Made by a program: the position numbers and the translations under genes. A stretch of 64,000 bases of DNA from the NCBI GenBank assembly GCA_026393755.1, contig JAPKZO010000032.1, forward strand, positions 151,342-215,341, read 5' to 3'. Every line of letters begins with the position of its first letter. The first letter of the stretch is position 1. Below, piece by piece: positions 34,635 through 41,864 of the stretch. Source of the DNA: Acidobacteriota bacterium (GTDB lineage Bacteria; Acidobacteriota; Vicinamibacteria; Vicinamibacterales; JAKQTR01). Below the pieces are notes generated by a model. The model ran no database searches. It had not been told where the DNA came from and worked only from the letters and a program-made list of their open reading frames with translations.

Positions 34635-36176
34635 ATGCCCAACCGTCCAATGGTGTGTTTTATCGGGGCGGGCCCGGGCGATCCGGGCCTGATCACTGTG
34701 CGAGGCGCCGACAGCCTCGGGCAGGCTGACGTGGTTGTCTACGACCGGCTCGTTCACCCGTCTCTACTGCAGTATGCCAGGCCTGATGCCGAGCGGATCG
34801 ACGTCGGGCGTGCGGCGCCACAGGGTACGGCCCGCGACGCGATTGCCTACCTCCTGCTCGAGAAGGTCCGCGAAGGCAAGCGGGTGGCACGCCTGAAGTG
34901 GGGTGATCCGTTTGTGTTCGACGATGGAGGCGAGGAAGCCCTGTTTCTCCACGAACATGGGGTGACGTTCGAGGTGGTGCCGGGTATTCCCGCGGCCGTC
35001 GGTGGCCCCGCCTACGCGGGCGTCGCGGTCACGTATCGAGGAGGCGGAGATACACTCACGCTGGTGCGCGGCAACGAGGACGCGGCAGAGGACACGCCGG
35101 ACCTCGATTGGGCGAGCCTCGCCAGACTCGACGGCACCATCGTCTGCTACGCCGGCCCCCGACAGCTTCCGGCCATGCTCGCGGCGCTGCGGGCCAATGG
35201 ACGGCCTGCCGAGGAGCCGGTGGCCCTGATCTACAACGCCACGCTGCCCACGCAGCGCACGATCGCCGGCACGCTGGCCTCGCTCGCCGACGCGGCCCTG
35301 CCCGCCGACACCCGGCCGGCCATCGTCGTCGTCGGACGCGTGGCCGCCCTGCGTGAGCACATGCGGTGGTTCGACGTGCGCCCGTTGTCGGGACGGCGGG
35401 TGGTGGTGACCCGGCCGCGCGAGCAGGCCCGCGAACTGGTCGACCTGCTCGAAGATCAGGGTGCCGATGTGATCGTGGCACCGACCGTCCGCATGGCGCC
35501 GCCGACAGATTATGCCGCGCTCGATGAGGCCTGTGGGAAGGTCGGCACGTTTGACTGGGTTGTGCTGCCGACACTGGCCGGGACCGACGTCTTCCTTCGA
35601 CGGCTGCTGGCGGGGCCTGGTGACGTCCGCAGCCTCCATGGCGTGGGCATCTGCGCGATTGGCCAGACGTCGGTCGATCGGTTCGCGGCGCTTGGCGTTC
35701 GGGTCGATGCCCAGCCGTCTGAGTACCGGCCCGAGGGCATCGTCGAGGCGCTGTCCGACACGCGCCGGCTCGACGGCCGTCGAATCCTGATTCCGCGCGC
35801 CGAAGGCGTCCGCGACGTGCTGGCGGCCGAGCTCCGGAGAGCCGGCGCGGAAGTGACCGAGGTCGCCGCGTATCGGATTGTGAAGGTGCTGCCCGGCGAT
35901 CCGGGCGAGCCCGATCTGTACAAGAAGCTGCTCGAGCAGCAGGTCGATATCCTCGTGTTCGGCAACCCGTCGACCGCCGGCGAATTCGTCGACAGTTACG
36001 GTGCCGAGGCGCTGGTTGATCTGCTGCCGACGACACTGGTCGCGTGCATCGGCCCTGTGACCGCGCAGGCGCTGCAGGCGCATGGGATCCACACGGACAT
36101 CGTCGCCGACGCTCATACGAGCGCGGGGTTGGTCGCGGCCATTGTGCGTCATGTGCGCGCGATGAAATCGGCGTAG
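34635..36176 (+). CDS. cobA-hemD: uroporphyrinogen-III C-methyltransferase / uroporphyrinogen-III synthase fusion
   Basis: N-half: VCFIGAGPGDPGLITVRGADSLGQADVVVYDRLV (SUMT motif). C-half is HemD-like (RRVVVTRPREQARELVDLLEDQGADVIVAPT). Confidence 0.88.
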   Translation: MPNRPMVCFIGAGPGDPGLITVRGADSLGQADVVVYDRLVHPSLLQYARPDAERIDVGRAAPQGTARDAIAYLLLEKVREGKRVARLKWGDPFVFDDGGEEALFLHEHGVTFEVVPGIPAAVGGPAYAGVAVTYRGGGDTLTLVRGNEDAAEDTPDLDWASLARLDGTIVCYAGPRQLPAMLAALRANGRPAEEPVALIYNATLPTQRTIAGTLASLADAALPADTRPAIVVVGRVAALREHMRWFDVRPLSGRRVVVTRPREQARELVDLLEDQGADVIVAPTVRMAPPTDYAALDEACGKVGTFDWVVLPTLAGTDVFLRRLLAGPGDVRSLHGVGICAIGQTSVDRFAALGVRVDAQPSEYRPEGIVEALSDTRRLDGRRILIPRAEGVRDVLAAELRRAGAEVTEVAAYRIVKVLPGDPGEPDLYKKLLEQQVDILVFGNPSTAGEFVDSYGAEALVDLLPTTLVACIGPVTAQALQAHGIHTDIVADAHTSAGLVAAIVRHVRAMKSA

Positions 36177-36190
36177 CCGGACGCGAGCCA

Positions 36191-38065
36191 TTGCCCAGTC
36201 GCCATCGACCGCCCGGAATCTGGATCAGGCTGGCCGACGCGCTCACGCTTGCGCTTCTTGCGCTTGCAGGCTTCGCCTTTGTCACCGGCGGCGTACGCGG
36301 AAGCGTCTTCGGCGTCATGGTCTCGGTCACGGCCGCGTGGCGCCCGGCACTGTGGGCGGTCCTGATTGCTGCCCTTCGCCACGCCATCTTCCGTGATGAC
36401 AATCTGTGGCGCCGGGTGAAACGCCGGCTCTGCCCTCTCGGCGACGTCTACATCGACCAACACGCCGCCACTCGCCTCACTGCTGCCGAGTTGCTGGGCG
36501 TGACTGCGCTGATGGCGGCGCTGACGCTCGTAATGACCTGCCCGCAAGTGCTCCGGATGGGTGCGGTCAGGGATCTCGGCGACCCGCTGTTCTCGATCTG
36601 GCGGCTGTCGTGGATTGCTCACCAGATCGTGAGTGATCCGCTGAACCTGTTCGACGGGAACCTGTACTACCCCAACCGATTGACGCTCGCCTATTCGGAT
36701 TCGATGGTGCTCCCGGGCGTCATCACCGCCCCGTTCTTCTGGCTTGGTGTCCCGGCCGTGCCGCTCTATAACGCGGTGGTGCTGGCCTCGTTTGTCGCCG
36801 CCGGTGTTTCGATGTACGTGCTGGTTCGGTCGCTGACCGGGCAACCAACCGCGGCGCTGGTGTCGGGCGTCGTCTTCGCGTTCTATCCCTTCAGATTTCA
36901 GCACTACAACCACCTGGAACTGCTCTTGCCGTGCTGGATGCCGCTCGGATTGCTGGCGTTGCACCGGACGCTCGAGCGAGGCCGGCTGCGGGATGGACTG
37001 ATGACGGGTGGCGCGGTCGCCGCTCAGTTGCTTTCGTGCATGTACTTCGGGGTGTTCTTTGCGGCGTACCTCGTGCCAGTCGGCGCCGCGCTGGCCATCG
37101 GTGGCCGTCGCGTGGGCCGGGCGGTGAAGCCTCTGGCTGCCGGAGCGCTGGTGGCCGCGGTGCTCGTCATTCCGATGGTGTCGCCCTATCTGCACGTCCG
37201 GCAACAACTGGGGGAACGCAACCTGGACCAGGTCGAGCACTACAGTTCGAGACCCGGGGATTATCTGGTGGCGAACGAGACGAACGCCACGTGGGGAGGT
37301 CTTCTCGGTCGTGGAGATCATGGACCCGAGGACTCGTTTCCCGGGGTGCTCGTCGTAATTCTGGCGCTGGTCGCCATTTGGCCTCCCCTCTCTGTTCCGC
37401 GGATCGCCTACGCCCTCGGCGTCCTCTTCGCATTCAATCTGTCGCTTGGGTCGAATGGGAAGGTCTTTCCGGCGCTCTATTGGGCGTTGGTCCCGTTCCG
37501 CGGCCTGAGAGCGCCGGGACGCATGTCGATGCTCGTCGGACTGTCGCTCGCCGTACTCAGTGGCTACGGCGTCGCGCGCCTGAACGCGTACCTGCGTCGG
37601 CCATGGATCCGGATCGTGTTCGCCGGAGCACTTTCGGCGATCGTGCTTCTCGAATCTCGCTCAATGCTCCCGTTGGAACAGGTCGCGCCGCCAAGTGCCG
37701 TGTACCAGTGGTTTGACGGCCGGCCGCCGGGGGTTGTGGCCGAACTTCCTGCGGAGCCTGGACTCGACGCCCAATACACGTATCTGTCGACGGTTCACTG
37801 GCAGCCGATTGTGAATGGATACAGCGGCGTGTCGTTGCCGTCGTTCGAGGAATTCAGGCCGCCGATGAGGACGTTCCCGGACGATTCCTCGGTTCGATTG
37901 CTCCAAAGCCGCCACGTCGATTACGTCGTGCTGCACGAGGAGTACTATGGCCGCCAGGCCTACCGCGCGGTCGTCGAGGCGCTCGACCGGCGATCGGATC
38001 TGCGAGAGCGCGCCCGCGCCGTCACCGACGGATACGAAGCCCGGATCTACCAGGTCGTCAGATAG
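36191..38065 (+). CDS. large polytopic membrane protein with C-terminal soluble domain (GT-C-like, family not named)
   Basis: Contains PLFSIWRLSWIAHQI..LFDGNLYYPNRLTLAYSDSMVLPG and many TM helices. The start is uncertain: TTG at 36191 was chosen because the ORF's first 43 codons overlap cobA-hemD. Confidence 0.65.
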   Translation: MPSRHRPPGIWIRLADALTLALLALAGFAFVTGGVRGSVFGVMVSVTAAWRPALWAVLIAALRHAIFRDDNLWRRVKRRLCPLGDVYIDQHAATRLTAAELLGVTALMAALTLVMTCPQVLRMGAVRDLGDPLFSIWRLSWIAHQIVSDPLNLFDGNLYYPNRLTLAYSDSMVLPGVITAPFFWLGVPAVPLYNAVVLASFVAAGVSMYVLVRSLTGQPTAALVSGVVFAFYPFRFQHYNHLELLLPCWMPLGLLALHRTLERGRLRDGLMTGGAVAAQLLSCMYFGVFFAAYLVPVGAALAIGGRRVGRAVKPLAAGALVAAVLVIPMVSPYLHVRQQLGERNLDQVEHYSSRPGDYLVANETNATWGGLLGRGDHGPEDSFPGVLVVILALVAIWPPLSVPRIAYALGVLFAFNLSLGSNGKVFPALYWALVPFRGLRAPGRMSMLVGLSLAVLSGYGVARLNAYLRRPWIRIVFAGALSAIVLLESRSMLPLEQVAPPSAVYQWFDGRPPGVVAELPAEPGLDAQYTYLSTVHWQPIVNGYSGVSLPSFEEFRPPMRTFPDDSSVRLLQSRHVDYVVLHEEYYGRQAYRAVVEALDRRSDLRERARAVTDGYEARIYQVVR

Positions 38066-38089
38066 TCGCCCCGTCCCCGTCGCCTCTCC

Positions 38090-39418
38090 CTACCGCTTCC
38101 GCCCCTTGAGCAGCACCGCCACCTCATCCGGCCTCGCGTTGTTGTAGTCCATCCGCACGCGGCCGTCAGGGGTCATCGTCACAACGGCGGGGATGGAGCT
38201 CGCGGTGAGATACCACCCGGCCGGCAGGACGACGGCATTGCGCGGGCGGCCCAGGCTCCGATCCCAGACGAACTGGTCGCCTTCCATGTAGTACCGACTC
38301 TGGTCTGCGTAGGTCTCGCTGATACGCAGGCGCACCGACTGGCCCTGTCGCACGGCCGGGAACCGGATCACCACGATCTCGGAATCAGGCTGGACCGGAT
38401 CGCCGACATCGAGCTTGGCCGCAATGATCTCCCGGCCCGCGATCGTCTCGACCTTCAGTTCCTCGCCGGTATCGAGCAGCCGCGCCGCAGGGCTGGACGC
38501 CTTGCTGCCCGCGCGCACGACGTTGAAGTACGCCGCGACGCCGGGGCGCGACTCGGTGTAGTCGTGGTAGAGCGCGAACGCGTGCGTGTCGGGTTGCTGC
38601 AGGAAGTACACGATCTCGCGATCCTGATGGGCGCGCTCGTCCAGCCGCGAGGCCATCGAGGGCCCCGATGCCGCAATCGCCCGTGCCACGGGGGATGTGG
38701 CACGATCCGCCCGTGTTGTGGGATCCAGGGCGGACACCCTCGGCGACGCCGTCGTCTTCGGGAGCGGCCGCGCCCTCACGACAAGCGGGGCTTCTCCCGG
38801 AGATGCATTGAGGAAGCTGATATTGATGCGGCCGTCGCCCTCGGTCAACACCTGCGACGGCACGTTGCACGCCACCAGTTCGTATCCCGGCGGCAGCACG
38901 ACCGCGTTCCGCTTGATCCCCAAGCCCCGGTTGAACACGATGAGGTCGCCCTCGCGGTAGTAGGACTTCGGATCCTTGTAGGTCTTGTCGATGCGCAGGC
39001 GGGTTTCGCCCTTCTCAGGCACCGGCCTGGCCAGCGTCACCTGGATGTAGTTGGCTTCCAGGTCCGCGTTGGCCTGGCCGGCCGCTCGCGCCTCGGCCCC
39101 GGTCACCACCTTGAACGGAAGCGGCTGCCCGGTCATCTGATCGAAGACCGCCTCGTCGCTGACCTCGCTGCCCTTGCGGATCACGTTGAAGAAGAAGCGG
39201 GCGCCGGGCCGGGTGGCAGTGACCTCGTAGACGATTTTGAACTGCGCCGTTTCGGGGGCCTGCAGTTCGTATCGGGTATAGTCGTCGCCCTCGTGACGTT
39301 CGACGATGGGCGAGGCGGGCGGCGCTGATTGGGCGTTCGCGGCCAACACGGCCGCCAGCAGAATGGCGCCAACGACGAACATCGACACGACGTGGCGGCG
39401 AGAAGCTGGGCTAAGCAT
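38090..39418 (-). CDS. secreted protein made of two tandem homologous ~200-aa domains
   Basis: ATG at 39418 preceded by GGAGGA. Signal peptide ..AAVLAANAQS. Internal repeat: RPGARFFFNVIRKGS / RPGVAAYFNVVRAGS and RLRIDKTYKDPKSYYREGDLIVFNRGLGIKRNAVVLPPGYEL / RLRISETYADQSRYYMEGDQFVWDRSLGRPRNAVVLPAGWYL. Confidence 0.7.
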   Translation of the reverse strand: MLSPASRRHVVSMFVVGAILLAAVLAANAQSAPPASPIVERHEGDDYTRYELQAPETAQFKIVYEVTATRPGARFFFNVIRKGSEVSDEAVFDQMTGQPLPFKVVTGAEARAAGQANADLEANYIQVTLARPVPEKGETRLRIDKTYKDPKSYYREGDLIVFNRGLGIKRNAVVLPPGYELVACNVPSQVLTEGDGRINISFLNASPGEAPLVVRARPLPKTTASPRVSALDPTTRADRATSPVARAIAASGPSMASRLDERAHQDREIVYFLQQPDTHAFALYHDYTESRPGVAAYFNVVRAGSKASSPAARLLDTGEELKVETIAGREIIAAKLDVGDPVQPDSEIVVIRFPAVRQGQSVRLRISETYADQSRYYMEGDQFVWDRSLGRPRNAVVLPAGWYLTASSIPAVVTMTPDGRVRMDYNNARPDEVAVLLKGRKR

Positions 39419-39647
39419 ACGGATCCTCCGGACTTGGAGGATATGGTGTATCACGTTTTCTCTCAATCGGCTCATGGTGCAGCGGCCGTGTGAGCGCGGC
39501 GTCGGCGAGACACGACCTCTCTCCTCTCACTGGCCTCTCACTGAGCCGCAACCGGCTTGTGCTGCCGCCAAGCAGCGATTTCGGCGGGAGACCTGGCGCC
39601 CGACCTCGAGGGCCGCACGCGTCTCGTAGTAACCACGACCCGCTGGC

Positions 39648-40100
39648 TCATAGCCGATTTGCACGTAGTGTGCGCGCGGCGTCGCGCACGTCGGGCGCGG
39701 CGGCGATTTCCACGGCGTGCTGGAGCTCATGGCCCAGCACGGCGAGGAGCTCGGACTGGACGCCAGGGATCGCGACTCTGATCCTGACGTGCCTGACAAC
39801 GGGCGTCGCGGCGATGACGCGCGCATCTCCATTGAGGCCTTTCTTCGGCAACGTGTGCGCCTCGATCCCGACGATGAGGTCAGTGGACTGGAGGTCGGTC
39901 ACCAAGCGCGCGATCGTCGGCGACACCGCCACGGCCGCTTCGAGCAGGCGCCGGGCCTCACCATCAAGGCAGCGGACGCGCGAGTTGGGCGAGAACACGA
40001 ACGCTGCCGGAGCAGGTGCGTCCTGTGCGGCGACGGGATTCGTCACGGTTGCGAGCATCAGTAGGGCGGCAGCAAGAACGCCGATCGTGTGGGTGCGCAT
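39648..40100 (-). CDS. small secreted HExxH-motif protein (putative metallopeptidase-like), possibly frameshifted at its 3' end
   Basis: ATG at 40100 lies 8 nt after AAGGAGG. Signal peptide MRTHTIGVLAAALLMLATVTNPVAAQ. Contains LGHELQHAVE. A second frame (39527-39700) continues with a plausible sequence. Confidence 0.6.
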   Translation of the reverse strand: MRTHTIGVLAAALLMLATVTNPVAAQDAPAPAAFVFSPNSRVRCLDGEARRLLEAAVAVSPTIARLVTDLQSTDLIVGIEAHTLPKKGLNGDARVIAATPVVRHVRIRVAIPGVQSELLAVLGHELQHAVEIAAAPDVRDAARTLRANRL

Positions 40101-40244
40101 CGCTCGGACCTCCTTGGTCATGAGCGAAATGTGCGCCTTCCAGCACGAGCCTGAAATGGACGGAAAGTCCCCTGATCAGGGAACGTACGTCCCTATCTAA
40201 GTAGATGATTTTGAAGGAGTTACTCCGGGATGTCCCCGGCTGGA

Positions 40245-40943
40245 CTATCCGGCGGGATCGGTAAGAGTCGCACTGTGTTCCGGCGGGTCGTGCACGACGA
40301 TCACTGCGGCGCCAATGCGAATTTCATCGCCATGAAGCAGGCGCCTCAAGCCCTCGACGCGCTCACCGTTGACGAACGTTCCGTTGTGGCTGCCCAGATC
40401 TTCGAGCATCAGGCCGATGTCATCGACGAAGAGGCGGGCGTGACGCCGGGAGACCACTGACGAGTCGATCCAGATCGCGGAGTCCGGCTCGCGCCCGATG
40501 AAGTGTGTTCCCGACGAAAGCGGGATAGCCCGATCGTTCCACACCAGGCGAACGAGGCGCGCCGACGCGATACGCCCGCCGACCGACGGCGAGGTGCCGG
40601 CTGCCTCAACGCGTTCAACGGAAGCAATGAACCGGTACCCGCGCCGTTCGAGCGTCTCGACAAATCGCGGGCTCTCGGCCAAATCCCCAAGCGCACGACG
40701 GATCTTGCCGACCGCCTTGTTCAGGCCGTGGTCGAAGTCGACGAACACCGCGTCGGCCCACAACGCGGCGCGCAGTTCGTCGCGCGTCACGAGGTCGCCC
40801 GGGCGCGCCACGAGTATGGCCAGCACCTGGAACGGCTGATCCTGCAGCGCGATCCTGACGCCGCGCTTGCGCAGTTCACCTGTCTTGAGATCCAGCTCAA
40901 ACAGACCGAAGCGGACGAGGCGCGGAAGTGATTCCGGAGTCAT
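40245..40943 (-). CDS. transcriptional regulator: OmpR/CadC-type winged helix + FHA domain
   Basis: N-terminus: FGLFELDLKTGELRKRGVRIALQDQPFQVLAILVARPGDLVTRDEL...ETLERRGYRF. C-terminus is FHA-like (FIGREPDSAIWIDSSVVSRRHARL...LGSHNGTFVNGERV). Confidence 0.8.
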   Translation of the reverse strand: MTPESLPRLVRFGLFELDLKTGELRKRGVRIALQDQPFQVLAILVARPGDLVTRDELRAALWADAVFVDFDHGLNKAVGKIRRALGDLAESPRFVETLERRGYRFIASVERVEAAGTSPSVGGRIASARLVRLVWNDRAIPLSSGTHFIGREPDSAIWIDSSVVSRRHARLFVDDIGLMLEDLGSHNGTFVNGERVEGLRRLLHGDEIRIGAAVIVVHDPPEHSATLTDPAG

Positions 40944-41163
40944 TGGTGTCGGATCCGGCCGCGGGTGCGCGACAGGCTCGACGACGGCGTCGATGCGACT
41001 GTACAGAAAACCGGCGGCCGATTCCAGCAGAGAGAACGGCTGCGGTCGCCATTGAGCGTCCCCGCCGGCGAGCGCGGGCCGCCGCCCTTTCGGGCGCAGA
41101 CACCGAGGGCCGCTCCGCCCGTTTCTGTCCGTCCGCTCGCCTCCGCTCCGAGGTGATGACATA

Positions 41164-41394
41164 ATGCCCTTGATGCGACAAGTGGGACATCGGTCTCCAA
41201 ACGGAGACGCACTGGCCGACCAGCGAGCGCTCACCAGAACGGCCGCCGTCCTTCGCGCCACCACGGCGCTTGTCCCGCGCGGCGTGTATCGCTTCCGCAA
41301 CTTCGACGAGGCTGATCGGTGGCTGATGGACACGATCCGGCGTACGCACGCGCACCTGAACCCGACGATCTCGTCCGGCTCTGCCGGGCGCTGA
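41164..41394 (+). CDS. small hypothetical protein (76 aa)
   Basis: ATG lies 8 nt after GAGGTG. The C-terminal motif GVYRFRNFDEADRWL looks like a conserved small-protein motif I cannot name. It overlaps the next ORF by 76 nt. Confidence 0.35.
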   Translation: MPLMRQVGHRSPNGDALADQRALTRTAAVLRATTALVPRGVYRFRNFDEADRWLMDTIRRTHAHLNPTISSGSAGR

Positions 41395-41819
41395 ACGACG
41401 CCGGGGCCCGGTACGTACTGATCGGCGGATTCGCCGTGATCGCCCACGGCGCCGCCCGCTTTACCAAAGACATCGATCTCCTGGTCGACGACGCGCCGGA
41501 GAACGTGGCGCGCGTCAAACGGGGGATGGCCATCCTGGCCGACAATGCCGCCGCCGAGGTCGCCGACACTGACCTGCGCGAGTTCGTCGTGGTGCGCGTG
41601 GCCGACGAGTTCCTCGTTGATCTGATGGGCCGTGCCTGCGGCTTGTCTTACGCGGACGTCGTCGCCGACGCGGAGTCGCGCCAACTTGAAGGAGTGTCGG
41701 TTCTGGTCGCGAGCCCGGCCACACTCATCAGAACTAAACAGACCGCCCGCGCACAGGACGCTCTCGACCGGGCTTTTCTTGAAGGGGTGATTCGGGATCG
41801 GGACACGGGCATCGGGTGA
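41319..41819 (+). CDS. small nucleotidyltransferase-fold protein (AbiEii/MNT-like core)
   Basis: ARYVLIGGFAVIAHGAARFTKDIDLLVD resembles the GG..hG..R.T.DiD nucleotidyltransferase motif. GTG start lies 7 nt after GAGG. Confidence 0.6.
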   Translation: MADGHDPAYARAPEPDDLVRLCRALNDAGARYVLIGGFAVIAHGAARFTKDIDLLVDDAPENVARVKRGMAILADNAAAEVADTDLREFVVVRVADEFLVDLMGRACGLSYADVVADAESRQLEGVSVLVASPATLIRTKQTARAQDALDRAFLEGVIRDRDTGIG

Positions 41820-41864
41820 TGCGCCCGCCGAGGGCGTGTCGGTCGCCCGCGCGCCCCGAACGGC

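Noticed and set aside
40230-40460. 76-aa plus-strand ORF with an SD-like GAAGGAG upstream
   Set aside because: It lies fully antisense to the well-supported FHA domain of the regulator. It has no recognisable motif, and the 11-nt SD spacing is poor.
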